Source of the DNA: Eledone cirrhosa | Taxonomy: Eukaryota | Direction: 5' to 3' | Length of the DNA stretch: 64,000 bases | Assembly (NCBI GenBank): GCA_964016885.1 | Contig: OZ024742.1 | Coordinates: 248,310,001-248,374,000, forward strand | Shown here: piece after piece, positions 1 through 12,390 of the stretch | How positions within the stretch are numbered: the first letter of the stretch is position 1 | Layout of the letters: every line of letters begins with the position of its first letter | The notes under the pieces: model-generated | Told to the model about the DNA's origin: nothing | Database searches by the model: none | Seen by the model: only the letters and a program-made list of their open reading frames with translations | Made by a program: the position numbers and the translations under genes

Positions 1-484
1 AACTCCAGGGATATTCTACCAATGAATCTTTGCATATTCCTTGAATATGTTGCTACAGAGCATAGCCACTACCCTGCGTACAATCAACATTCACTTTCGA
101 GCATTAATGCTGGGAATTCACCGGCTCCATAAACATATCTTGCACTGTTACATGAAAGAATAACATCATGTCTGACTCCATACTCAAAACAATACTCCAC
201 GGTAACTTCTTATATTTAGCTCTCCTCGAGCCAATTTTCTACACTATCACTGAAGCAACAATAGTTATTCAAAGATATGAATATGGAGGAACATACAGAT
301 CGTTGACTCTATTTACCCCCAACATCCATAGTAGTTTCTGCTACTCTGGTCTCACTTTTTCCTCTAATGCCAATTACTTCTGTGATAGCTTTCCTTTTTG
401 ATACGGTGAATTCATCTGTCATTTTTTGCTAAGTATGACTGATTATTGAAACCTGATGCGTGCAGTCACTGTCATCTAATATAT

Positions 485-1245
485 ATAATATTAAGGATAC
501 TATTTATAGCTATGTATATTTTAAACTATAAACAACTATAAACAGGGAAGGTCAGTAATTTATTACTACCTTATTACCAGTAAGATAAATAGCTCAATGT
601 AAGAACATCAGTTGTTTTACAGAGCAGTAATATTGAATTCAGGAATCAAAGCTATGTTCAAAACATTTATCCGCTAACAATTGTTTCTTCCAAACCTAGG
701 TTTGGAGTCTGCGGAGCATTTTTAATGGTTGTACATATATAATTTACCTCCTACTCAACGTAAGAGACTACAGATACATATATATATAGTGATGTACAGT
801 GTGGAGTTGATGCGACATATATTATATTATACTATATTTGTACAGTAATTCAAATTAAGATTAAAATCAAAATTGAAAAACAAGATTAAAAGCATAGTTT
901 GGAATAGATGCGACAGATATTATAGATAATACAGGAGAATAGTCTAATAATCAAATTAAATAGATAGTATATGCGTTAGTCATATATAGAGGGATGGAAC
1001 AAGCAAGTGTATGATGCATATATGAGTACTGTGTGGCAAGGCATTACATGAAATACAAGCACTTTAAGCGGGTATGTAAGTGTATTATGGTGGTTGCAGT
1101 GTGAGGATATGTTCTGCATAGTTCAAATTTGTATGTGTGCAGAAAAAGGAAGTTATAGTTTTCACATCCATCACTATTTTCACATCTAGAACAAGGCAGT
1201 TACAGTTTTCACATCCATCACATAAGTTAGACCATTAAAATTCAT
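485..1245 (-). mobile_element. Non-coding repeat, probable PLE pseudo-LTR/3' region with HHR-like motif; second copy at ~35155-35900
   Basis: Colinear similarity to 35155-35900 (both start ttaaggatactatttat..., share ttaccagtaagat, acatcagttgttttacag, aatacaagcactttaagcgggta); TA-rich flanks; HHR-like motif at 673-717. Confidence 0.6.
673..717 (-). ncRNA. Degenerate type I hammerhead ribozyme motif
   Basis: Minus strand GCT-CCGCAGA-CTCCAAAC(CTAG)GTTTGGAA-GAAACAATTGTT-AGC: stems I, II and palindromic III present, core mutated. Confidence 0.5.
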
Positions 1246-1281
1246 AGCTAAATGGTTTCAAATGTTTATTCGTAAATACAA

Positions 1282-1372
<91 letters not shown>

Positions 1373-1874
1373 CATGTGTGTGTGTGTGTGTATGTATACA
1401 TATGTACATTTATATACACATACATACATGTATAAACTCATACATTCCGTTCCCCCCTATCTCTCTCTCTTCATATTTATCTATATTTATCTATACATGT
1501 GTACGTGTGCCTGTATTTTTATATACACACATATACATACAAAATCAGACACATACAGACACACACGCGCACACACACACATTAATATATATATATATAT
1601 TTATATATATATATACATTTATATGTACATACACATGTATGTATACATGTAATTTGCATCTGTGCGTATTTTCATTTATCTCCAATGAGATTGGATAACA
1701 TTTATGTGCATGTAATGACCTGACAGCCATATAAACTGTTATATTCCTCACCCGTAAAACTAAACTCCAGGAATTTCAACAAATTATTTCTGGAATCAGA
1801 AAATTATTTCCTATAAATCCACAGAACTGCAGTAAATGTTATTGGCCAATAAATACCATTTGTAAACGATCGCC

Positions 1875-1876
<2 letters not shown>

Positions 1877-1944
<68 letters not shown>

Positions 1945-1961
1945 TTATAATAATAATAATA

Positions 1962-1993
<32 letters not shown>

Positions 1994-1996
1994 AAT

Positions 1997-2075
<79 letters not shown>

Positions 2076-2100
2076 GTAATGATAATGATAATGACAATAA
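1877..2100. repeat. (TAA)n/(TGA)n microsatellite
   Basis: Direct reading. Confidence 0.95.
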
Positions 2101-2702
2101 CATTTATATCATAATAACACTGGCTATTATTATAGTAATAACAATATCAATAATAATGATAAGCAATGTCTACACTTTCTAATGAAATCAATTGTTGGAT
2201 GGCTTATTGCTATATATGGAACAGCAAATATATGTAATGGTGGACAATTATCTCTTCGTTTTCGAGAAATATTTATTTCGGCAAGTAGGTAAGAAATTTT
2301 ACATTGTATTTCTACATATCAAATTTTTCTAGCCTTATATTTTTGTGTTTGATTTTTCATTGACAACTATTACAATATGTATCCTACTTTACAATTTATT
2401 TTGCTATTGATATTGTTGTTGTTGTTTGACCCTAGATGAAACCTGAATGAGTAAATGTGTTCAAGCTATGACACATAATCTTTTGTTTTCAAGCCACTTA
2501 TGTAGGGCTACAATGTTCAAATGTCTCTTAACCATATTTTTAATGAAGATCACTGCCTGTGATTTTCAAATATATGCTAAAGAACTCTAGTATTTGGAGT
2601 CATAGAAAACTATATTTATTTCTCACAATTAAGACCGTGTTTGGAACGTGAATTATCACAGATAATAAGATCATAAAATAAAGAATACATATATATATAT
2701 AT

Positions 2703-2815
2703 ATTGGTAAACGTAATAGAAAATGCAGACAAATTGTTCACAGTGAAAAATAGTTTAATTAGGAATAAATGAGAATTAGTAATTGTATTGGTTAGTATTC
2801 AGTTTTGGTTTTAAG
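2703..2815 (-). mobile_element. Solo fragment of the Penelope pLTR seen at 3150-3280 and 5648-5778
   Basis: attggtaaacgtaatagaaaatgcagacaaattgttcacagtg... near-identical to 3150-3265; flanked by TA runs. Confidence 0.8.
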
Positions 2816-2878
2816 ATTTATATATATAGATATATATATATGTGTGAGAAAAACCACAGACCCTCCATCTCAACTCTA

Positions 2879-2914
2879 CTTTTGAAAAGCAGAAGAACTG
2901 CGAAACCGGTAAAG
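2879..2914 (+). ncRNA. Minimal type I hammerhead ribozyme, U3:A8 core variant
   Basis: CTT-TTGAAAA-GCAG(AAGAA)CTGC-GAAACCGGTA-AAG: stem I CTT/AAG, stem II GCAG/CTGC, palindromic stem III ACCGGT, GUA cleavage triplet. Confidence 0.7.
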
Positions 2915-3050
2915 GAACCAAATAAATATATATATTTTTTTTTAAATAAGTCTCCAGTTGCATTTTCGATTTCATCTTGTTTTCTTTATACTTTCACTCG
3001 TGTAGGACACCTTGGTTATTTTTCATTTTGTAAAAAACCCTCACTTTCTA

Positions 3051-3155
<105 letters not shown>

Positions 3156-3284
3156 TAAACGGAATAGAAAATGCTGACAAATTGTTCACAGTTGAAAAAT
3201 AGTTTAATTAGGAATAAAAGAGTATTAGTAATTGTATGGGTTAGTATTCAGTTGTGGTTTTAAGTTTTTAAGTTTTTACCAGTT

Positions 3285-4674
3285 GTGACGTTCGATGTAG
3301 TCAAACAACACTCCAACATTCCCCACAACCTAGGAATAGAAGCTATCCAATTCTGGCTGGTTAATTACCACAATGAACTCCCACAACGCATCAAAAAAGA
3401 ATTTGTGATAGAGGGACTCAAATTTATCTTGGAGAACAATTACTTCGTTTTCAATAACAAACCCTACAGGCAGAAATCTGGGACCGCTATGGGAACGAAA
3501 ACAGCCCCCACTTATGCCAACCTAGTCATGGGATACTTGGAAATCACCCTCTACACTAAAGTCCTAAACAAATTTGGAAACACTCTCCACTTACACATTG
3601 AAAGGAACTGGAAGCGATATCTAGATGACTGCTTCATCCTTTGGCACGAAAACATCGAAAAACTTAAAGAATTTCACACCCTTATAAATGGGCTCAACAC
3701 GAATATTAACTTCACGATGGAATACAGCCATCAACAACTCCCCTTCCTCGACATCCTCATTAAGATCCATAACCAAAAAATAGAAACAGACATATACTAC
3801 AAGCCCACAGACTCCAAGCAATATCTTCCTTTCAACTGTTGCCACCCTAGACACGTTAAAATTAATATTCCCTACAACTTAGCCAAGAGAATCTGTACTA
3901 TAGTCTCCAATAAAAACATCTGCTACTTACGGCTACAAGAACTAAAGGACACACTTATAGGCATGGACTACCCTGCATCACTAATTGACAATGGAATCCA
4001 ACGTGCCCTAAAACTCAGTACCCAGGACCTTAGACACCCTAAAGTAAATCAACCGAAACAAAAAGCTCTTCCATACATCTCCACACACAACCCCCTCAAC
4101 AATGAGGCCTTTGACACCATCCTCCAGAACATCCCTGTGTTGCAAAAGGACCATAGAATGAACCAAGTCCTACGAACACACGATATCATAAAGAGCAAAA
4201 GACAATACAAGTCAATGAAAAACATCCTAACACATGCCAAAGTACTACCAACCACAACAACGAAACCCACAGTAAAAAAAATACGATAGACCCAACTGTG
4301 GCATTTGCATCAACCTAATAGAGGGTTCGGAATTCTATTTCAAAGAAGGACAACGTTTTATAGTAAAACACAATTTCACATGTGCATCGGAAAATCTATG
4401 TATTAACTTGCTCAGGTTGTCGAGAACAATACATAGGCCAGACCCAAAACAGCCTCCGCCAACGAATGACTGTCCATAGATCCCAAATTAAAATACGGGA
4501 ATACAGGAAAATACCACTGAGTGAACACATTGATACCTGTGCCGCCCAAAATCATCCAACTTCAGAATCTTTCCCCTCTACAAATTTAAAGATAATGCCA
4601 CGCACACCCAGCGCATCAGCAAGGAATCTTACTTTATTAATAAATACAGACCCCGTCTAAACACTTCTCCCTAA
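3285..4674 (+). pseudogene. Penelope reverse transcriptase + GIY-YIG endonuclease, truncated and frameshifted
   Basis: TFDV..., QKSGTAMG, WKRYLDDCF, LPFLD, YYKPT, HPRHVKINIPY; Cys linker CGIC; YVLTCSGCREQYIGQT...RMTVH; C-terminus ...KYRPRLN in a shifted frame. Confidence 0.92.
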
Positions 4675-5191
4675 GACGAACCCACAACATACACACGTCA
4701 ACATACATACCTACATCAGCACACATCTCTACCTACATATAAACACAATGACATACGTAAACACACATGCTCTATGGTGCAACACAAACAAATATATGTA
4801 TATATATATATATATAGTGAATATATGTATATATATATATATATATAGTGAATATCATTTCACACCTTTTATTGTTTGATGTTCTATTAAGAGAACCGAT
4901 TTTACTGAATATATCGAATAATGTACACCATTTTACCAGGGGGTAAAAATACTGGTCCACCCACACACGCACACACACACATTCTCACACACACACACAC
5001 ACATATATACACACACACACACATACACACGCGTACATTAACATACAAAGAGACTTATACACACACAAACACACACACTTCTCCGTATAAGACAAAAGCT
5101 GAAAAATATCTTTTGACATGCTAAAATACCCCCCCCCCACTGCTTACAGACACATTCCTACTGACCATCCCGCTACCACGAATCACTCTGC

Positions 5192-5240
<49 letters not shown>

Positions 5241-5336
5241 ATTTTAATAGCCATTTGAACTGTCAACAGGCTGCGGTTCGCACACACATCCCTGCTAACC
5301 ATTATCACAACATCGAACACTTTACTACTACTACTA

Positions 5337-5408
<72 letters not shown>

Positions 5409-5618
5409 TTGTTGTGAAAGAGTCATTTCTCAGTCTTGGCGCAAAATCAATTTTTTTACATTCACATGACCTCTACCGACCAATCAAAATTGTTTTGACC
5501 ACAAGAATTTTTGCAACACCAAGTAGCGCTGGTGCCACTTTTTTAACATAAAAACAGGTAGAATTCCCAAAACTAATCAGATCAGAGCAAACAACACGGA
5601 CACTCTATCTCAAAATTA

Positions 5619-5655
5619 TTTTTGAAAAGCATTTAGAAATGCGCAACCGGTAAAA
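5619..5655 (+). ncRNA. HHR motif in the Penelope 3' pLTR (GAAA mutated to GCAA)
   Basis: TTT-TTGAAAA-GCATT(TAGA)AATGC-GCAACCGGTA-AAA; same architecture as 2879-2914. Confidence 0.6.
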
Positions 5656-5812
5656 ACTTAAAAACTTAAAACCACAACTGAATACTAACCCATACAATTA
5701 CTAATACTCTTTTATTCCTAATTAAACTATTTTTCAACTGTGAACAATTTGTCAGCATTTTCTATTCCGTTTACCAATATATAATAACTTGTGTGTTACA
5801 CCTCTATTCTTT

Positions 5813-5872
<60 letters not shown>

Positions 5873-6089
5873 AGATGAAGTCTCACGTCGTATCTCGACA
5901 TATGAGGTTTCAACAGTCTTCTGTGGTTATTTATATATGGTTATGCTTAAAATAGCACTTTTGTCTAGCTTGCTGCATTTCGTGCAGTTGACAGGATTTT
6001 TGATCAAATCATAGTGTTAGATCTTAGATTACAAAATGGACCAGACATAATTTTTCAAATTTCTTTATACCTTCATGGCACCCAGTTCT

Positions 6090-6650
6090 CCATTTTCTCC
6101 GTTCAGGAGCTGGGGCAGCAGATGAAGTAAGATGTACGTCCACAGATATCAGATATCAGATTGTATCAGTTTCATTCTATATGTGTGTAATTGTGCACCA
6201 TTAAGAAGTTAACTGTATAAGAATGCCTTCTTTGTGCGGTCCTCAATCATCCGTAAGACATGACGAAGCCATATGAGTTGACATTTCATCAGAAATGACT
6301 CAGTGACACAGATTCTGCATTTGTGAAGAAATCGGCATTGGAATATCCCTGTAAGAAAGGGCATAACCGCAGACAGATTGAAGATTATGTTGAGGAAAAT
6401 GAGGCTTTTATGAGTGAATGCAAGCCGCATAAGTGTTGTCAGTACCACTGCGTATTAAACTCAAATGTTCTCAGGGATATAGATTAGATACTACGTATTC
6501 GATGGTGTAGTTTGCCAAAGGCATTAGATGCTTTAGAGACGATATTGAATTTCCCATCACTTAGGGATGCAGAGCAGTTCACATAACTGCCATTGTAAGT
6601 AAAGGAGTTCACATACTGCATATCCTTACCATCAACAGTGATGGGAACAG
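6090..6650 (-). mobile_element. Degenerate RTE-clade LINE 3' fragment
   Basis: ITVDGKDMQYVNSFTYNGS...SKASNAFGKL and QLIWLRHVLRMIEDRTKKAFLYS resemble the RTE RT C-terminal region. Confidence 0.7.
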
Positions 6651-6862
6651 GGGGATTCCCGTTCCATGGCCGTCCTTGCAAACATCTTCTACAGGACTGA
6701 GGGTACACTGGAACATTACTGAGAAGAAAATAGAGAACAGGGACCATAAAACAACACGGTTTCGTACAGTTTATACACACACACACACGAAAACACACGC
6801 ACACACACACATACACTCACACACTCTTTCTCACACACACATATATATATTAATATATATAC

Positions 6863-6945
<83 letters not shown>

Positions 6946-6964
6946 TATACATATATATAGAGCT

Positions 6965-7160
6965 ATCAGAGAAAAAAAGAGAATCAGTGTTGCAACGAAT
7001 GGGATTTATTGGACATATTACAAACGATTGAATATGTCCAATAAATTCTATTCGTCGCAACACTGATAGTCTTTTTTTCTGTGATATCATACGCTCCTCT
7101 AGGAGAGCATTGAGTGCTCAAACAGCCTACCGCATACGGACGCTTTAAGCATGCAACACC
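6965..7160 (+). mobile_element. Short foldback (about 55-bp arms plus about 70-bp tail), same family as 59467-61876
   Basis: atcagtgttgcaacgaat...ggacatatt / aatatgtcc...ttcgtcgcaacactgat inverted; 7080-7160 is the reverse complement of 59467-59548; in (TA)n. Confidence 0.8.
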
Positions 7161-7221
<61 letters not shown>

Positions 7222-7366
7222 CTTTCAGCTCAAGCTGAGCTGAACATTTTAAGGAAACAATTTATGCATTAGAAGATCCCGCTGTGGGGAGAAAGTAGAA
7301 ATTGTTTGCTTAAATTTTTTCTATGCTAATAATAACTATTTGCTCCACGGTTTTACGAGTTTATAT

Positions 7367-7438
<72 letters not shown>

Positions 7439-7802
7439 ATACCTGGGGATCATATTTGTGTAATATTGCCAGAATTAATAACAGAACACACTCACTCTTT
7501 GGTTGGCTATATATATATCTGGTGTATAACTAAAAGTATTTGTGAGTGAATAATAATAATATGATAATTGTTTCTACTTTTTGGCACAAGGCCAGCAATT
7601 ACCCAGTGAATATTATTAGTATTCGGTTTGTTTACAGGTAAACAGCCTCATAAAACACCACGTGGTAGAGGTGAGGTCGTTATTTTATTCCAACCTTAGT
7701 TGTGAGAAAACAATCGAAAATTTACAATTGTTAATTGTTTCAGTGTGTCTTCCTCGTTTTCAAGATTGTGTATTCTCTTGTCTCTCTTATCCAGTGATAT
7801 TG

Positions 7803-7990
7803 TGGATTGGCAGTATCGGTAGAGGGTCCAAACGCTATGCTTGACGCATAGAGTTACGGTCCTTGCCATTCTGAGTTCAAATCCCGCCGAGGTTAACTTT
7901 GCCTTTCATCCTTACGCGGTCGATAAAATAAAGTACCAGTAATACACAGGGTAATTGCTGGCCTTGTGCCAAAAGTAGAAACAATTATTA
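7803..7990 (+). mobile_element. tRNA-derived SINE
   Basis: A-box-like tggcagtatcggtaga, B-box gagttcaaatcc, body gcctttcatccttacgcggtcgataaaataaagtaccag, (ATT)n tail; more than 10 copies in the window. Confidence 0.88.
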
Positions 7991-8356
7991 GTTACGGCCC
8001 TTAATACATAGTATCCTCAAATACGTACACAGATTGATTAACCACATTTGCGATTTTACGGCCTCTTCAGAAAATTAGAAAACAAAATTTGTTTTTGCTT
8101 TTAACGATATAGATACGTATGTGCATTCGTGATTCAATAATTATAAATTATAAATTGTCGGTTCTTTTTTCTCTCTCATCTACCGCTGGAACAAAATGTT
8201 GACGTCGTCATATTTACCACGTGGTGCATATGAGTCTGTTTATTTGTCCTCAAACCGAATATTAATAATTGTTTCTACTTTTGGCCCAAGGCCAGCGAAT
8301 TACCCAGTGCAATATTAATAATAATATAATATTATAATGTTATTATTATTCACACT

Positions 8357-8556
8357 AGGGCGGTGGATTGGCAGTACCCGTAGAGGGTCGGACGCCATGC
8401 TTTGACGCATTGAGTTACGGCCCTTCCCATTCTGAGTTCAAATCCTGCCGAGGTTAACTTTGCCTTTCATCCTTACAGGGTCGATAAAATAAAGTACCAG
8501 TAATGCACTGGTGTAATAGCTGGCCTTGTGCCTAAAGTAGAAACAATTATTATTAT
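8357..8556 (+). mobile_element. tRNA-derived SINE, full length
   Basis: gggcggtggattggcag...gagttcaaatcc...gtagaaacaattattatt. Confidence 0.88.
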
Positions 8557-8631
8557 TCACTCCCGTATATATATAGATATAACACTGATCGAGGCTTGTC
8601 TGTATCTTTTGTCTTTGTATTTATTTTAGAA

Positions 8632-8688
<57 letters not shown>

Positions 8689-8909
8689 GACATATATATG
8701 TATGAATGAAAAGTGACACAGGCGCTGTGTGGTTACTAATAAATATTATTTAGAAAACGTAATAGAAACACAAACATAAACACAAGAACCAATCCAGCTC
8801 ATCGGCTGTCTTCTGAGCGTTGCATGAGCTGGAAATATAAGCGACCCACAGAGGACAGCCGATGAGTGGGATTTGTTCTTCTGTTTATGTTTGTGTTTCT
8901 CTAAAGTTT

Positions 8910-8992
<83 letters not shown>

Positions 8993-9032
8993 TCGACTGT
9001 TCTCAAGTCAAGCAGTTGCAGGTGAGGGAGGG

Positions 9033-9076
9033 ACCGTCCTGATTAAGACCAGTCAAGTCTGAAATGCATAGACGGT
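9033..9076 (+). ncRNA. Type I hammerhead motif with one core substitution
   Basis: ACCGTC-CTGATTA-AGAC(CAGTCAA)GTCT-GAAATGCATA-GACGGT: 6-bp stem I, 4-bp stem II, palindromic stem III. Confidence 0.65.
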
Positions 9077-9202
9077 TGTCCCCCTCGTTTCAGCTGTTAA
9101 TCCCGGTGTATGCATAGCTACGGCTTCCTAAATACCGTGTTTCTTTAGTATTACGAAATTTCTATACATATCTGTATACAGCTATGCTTGGAGCTAAATC
9201 CT

Positions 9203-9256
<54 letters not shown>

Positions 9257-9271
9257 CTAAGCTTCCACTTG

Positions 9272-9342
<71 letters not shown>

Positions 9343-9344
<2 letters not shown>

Positions 9345-9725
9345 CGTTCCTGAATTTGTTTAGCAAGATTCTTTATCTGAAATCGTGTGTTGAAACCGAT
9401 ATTGTTATACTTCGGGAGGGTCATGTTCCCAATAAGAAACACACGCGCCAGTTGCTTCACTTCAATTTATTATATATTTATAAATTTATAAATTTACAAA
9501 TCTACAAACTTATAAATTTCTGGTTGGTTGGTTGGTTCCACAACCAGATAGTTGTTTATATTTGTTTATATATAAACAACTATCTGGTTGTGGAACCAAC
9601 CAACCAACCAGAAATTTATAAGTTTGTAGATTTGTAAATTTATAAATTTATAAATATATAATAAATTGAGGTGAAAGCAACTGGTGCGTGTGTTTCTTAT
9701 TGGGAACATGACCCTCCCGAAGTAT

Positions 9726-9732
<7 letters not shown>
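9343..9732. mobile_element. Near-perfect palindrome (about 160-bp arms, 9398-9732) plus tail; PLE pLTR foldback in (TA)n
   Basis: ttgttatacttcgggagggtcatgttccc... mirrored by ...gggaacatgaccctcccgaagtataacaa; terminus and tail shared with the PLE ends at 24770-24840 and 32930-33000. Confidence 0.85.
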
Positions 9733-9783
<51 letters not shown>

Positions 9784-9920
9784 CAAAGGAATTGTGGTAA
9801 GGAACCAGATGGACCATAACGCACTAGAGTACTCAATACTTAGGGTAGTAGAGTGGGAAATAGGAAAAAGTATGACCCCGACGGCAGAGCTCATAATGTT
9901 TCGACGGCTATTTCTTGACT

Positions 9921-9972
<52 letters not shown>

Positions 9973-10639
9973 GTGTGTGTGACTGTGTGTGTGTGTGTGT
10001 TTGTGTACGTACACGTACCGTCTAAGTTTCCGCAAGTTGTATTCATCATTGGGCTACAAAGGTGAAGCGTTTCTATTCTCTATCGAACGCACCTCACCGT
10101 ATCATAGAAGGAGGATATTCTCTTTCCAATACGACTTTGACATGCTGCTTTCTCTTAGATCACTGTCAAATGATGTGTTGGCTACAAATTAATTCCTATT
10201 TATGATATCCAGCGCAACCATGTAATATTAATCTACCGTTCGCACACACGCATCCACTCTCACTTATACAGATCTACATACACACACACACACAAACAAA
10301 CGCACGCTCTTACACAAACTCCCACATACACAAACATAAGCAGACACATGCGCAAAGACACATACAGAGATACACACTGACTGAGAAAGTCATACAATTC
10401 GGTGGAGGCGAAATAAGGAAATAGAAATAATATAAAGAAAAACCAGACAAAATATTTAGTAAATGAAAATGACACGTCAAAGGCAATGATATGACCAATA
10501 AAATACCACAACGAATGATAGCCGTCGTTAATAATGCCTATGATGATGATGATGATGGTGATGCGATGATGATGATAATGATGATGATGATGACGTTGTT
10601 CATGACGGCGATGAGGATGAAGATGAAGATTATAATATG

Positions 10640-10717
<78 letters not shown>
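10640..10717. repeat. (TAA)n microsatellite abutting the Dong/R4 5' junction
   Basis: Direct reading. Confidence 0.95.
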
Positions 10718-10719
<2 letters not shown>

Positions 10720-12105
10720 GGAGGGGTAGGTTGAGCAGAAGTAACGGGATCCAGATACCAACAGGTGAGATGATAAAGGAAATTGACTCTGAGGAAGGAT
10801 ACAAGTATTTGGTTGTTCTGGAGGCTAATGGCATAAAGAACAAAAAAATGAAGGAATTGTTAAGAACTGAATACATTCGGAGAGTAAGGAGCGTATTGAA
10901 GTCACATCTGAACAGCAGAAATGCCATAAGCGCAGTAACTTCCCGAGCTGTGTCTATTATTAGGTACAGTGCGGGAATTCTGAGATGGAATGTTGCTGAA
11001 CAAAAAGAAATGGATAGGAAGACTAGGAAGCTATTGACTATCTACAACATGTTCCACAAGAGGAGTGATGTCGATAGACTCTACCTAAGGAGATCTGAGG
11101 GTGGAAGAGGTCTTATCAGCATAGAGGACTGTGTTCAGATGGAGAAAAACAACCTATACAAATACGTGACCTATAGTAAGGAGCCAATGCTCAGAACTGT
11201 ACTGAAGGAGGGGACAGTAGGCCAGGGGATGTCCAAGGAGGAAATAACATCAAGGAGGAAGAGCAGCCTTAAGGGAAAATCCCTTCATAGTACCTTCTTT
11301 GAGAAAACTGAATTTAGAGATCCACAGACATGGAACTGGTTGAGAAGAGGAGACCTCAAAAAGGCTACAGAAGGAATGCTAATGGCTGCGCAGGAGCAGG
11401 CCCTCAAAACGAAGTGGTTGAAGCACCATATTTACAAGGAGGAGGCTAGCCCACTGTGCAGGATCTGTGGAGAGAGAGAGGAGACTGTGGCTCACATTGT
11501 GTCCGAGTGTAAACACCTAGCCCAGACCCACTACAAGGGCTGGAGATACGATGTGATGGGCAGGGTGATCCACTGGCACCTGTGCAAAGTAAACAATTTA
11601 CCACATTCTGAGAAATGGTATGAGCATAGGCCAGAGGCGGTGATGGAGAACGATCAGGTGAAGGTGCTGTGGGATTTTAGGATACAGACGGACAAACAAC
11701 TGGAACACAATAGACCTGACCTGGTGGTTGTGGACAAAGAAAAAAGATCGTGTCTGATTGTGGATGTGGCCTGCCCGTTCGACACGAGAGTGCAAGAGAA
11801 GGAGAGGAAGAAAATTAACCGATACCAGGACCTAAAGTGGGAGGTGAAAAGGATTTGGAACTGCCATGAAGTCAAAGTGATCCCGATTGTCATAGGCGCA
11901 CTGGGGACTATCTCCAAAAGTTTCCAGGGATGGTTAAAGAAAATCGGCCCCTTCACGCTTTTTGGAACGCTTCAAAAGGCATGCTTGCTTGGAACAGCAA
12001 GAACCCTCCGATACGTCCTGAATATCTGAGGCTGCAGGTAGTGGCTTGATATTCAATCCAACGGACTTTCCAGTTAACCAACATCAATGACTGAGATTCA
12101 AGGAA
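10718..12105 (+). mobile_element. 5'-truncated R4/Dong-clade non-LTR retrotransposon in (TAA)n
   Basis: RLE-type ORF, short 3' UTR, (TAA)n at both junctions; second copy at 18295-20835. Confidence 0.9.
10731..12029 (+). CDS. R4/Dong ORF C-terminal part: RT thumb, CCHC zinc knuckle, restriction-like endonuclease
   Basis: YKYL, GGRGL, CRICGEREETVAHIVSEC, LWDFRIQTD...HNRPDLVVVD...IVDVACPFD...K...RYQDL, PIVIGALG. Confidence 0.88.
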   Translation: MSRSNGIQIPTGEMIKEIDSEEGYKYLVVLEANGIKNKKMKELLRTEYIRRVRSVLKSHLNSRNAISAVTSRAVSIIRYSAGILRWNVAEQKEMDRKTRKLLTIYNMFHKRSDVDRLYLRRSEGGRGLISIEDCVQMEKNNLYKYVTYSKEPMLRTVLKEGTVGQGMSKEEITSRRKSSLKGKSLHSTFFEKTEFRDPQTWNWLRRGDLKKATEGMLMAAQEQALKTKWLKHHIYKEEASPLCRICGEREETVAHIVSECKHLAQTHYKGWRYDVMGRVIHWHLCKVNNLPHSEKWYEHRPEAVMENDQVKVLWDFRIQTDKQLEHNRPDLVVVDKEKRSCLIVDVACPFDTRVQEKERKKINRYQDLKWEVKRIWNCHEVKVIPIVIGALGTISKSFQGWLKKIGPFTLFGTLQKACLLGTARTLRYVLNI

Positions 12106-12112
12106 TAACAAC

Positions 12113-12144
<32 letters not shown>

Positions 12145-12390
12145 TTTCTTTATTAACCACAGGGTTTACATAAAGTAGACATTAAGGACAGTGCAGGACA
12201 ATACAGGACGGTACAAATGGGCATTTCTGCGTTTAAAAACCAAAAACAGAGGATGTAACAAAAAAATAACAATGAAAAATTCCCCAATAGGGGGAGACTT
12301 CGGAGGGACATTTGTGGAGAAAGCCAGTAAAAGGCCAGAGTGACCCTGACCACCAAGGCAAGTGCCCTCTCCCAGTTTTCCACCTTTAAT

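Noticed and set aside
1-440. Possible decayed LINE endonuclease on the minus strand / 77-aa ORF at 168-401
   Set aside because: Only a faint LYVPP-like motif amid stops; cannot be assigned
1235-1751. [12 protein letters not shown] ORFs here and throughout the window
   Set aside because: Translations of (TA)n and (CA)n microsatellites with no coding signal
7803-7890. tRNA gene
   Set aside because: A/B boxes belong to SINE heads; no cloverleaf, and always followed by the SINE body
9370-9410. HHR-like string tatCTGAAAtcgtgtgttGAAACcgatattGTT in the PLE tail (also near 32945-32980)
   Set aside because: Antisense to the element, core incomplete and stem II poor
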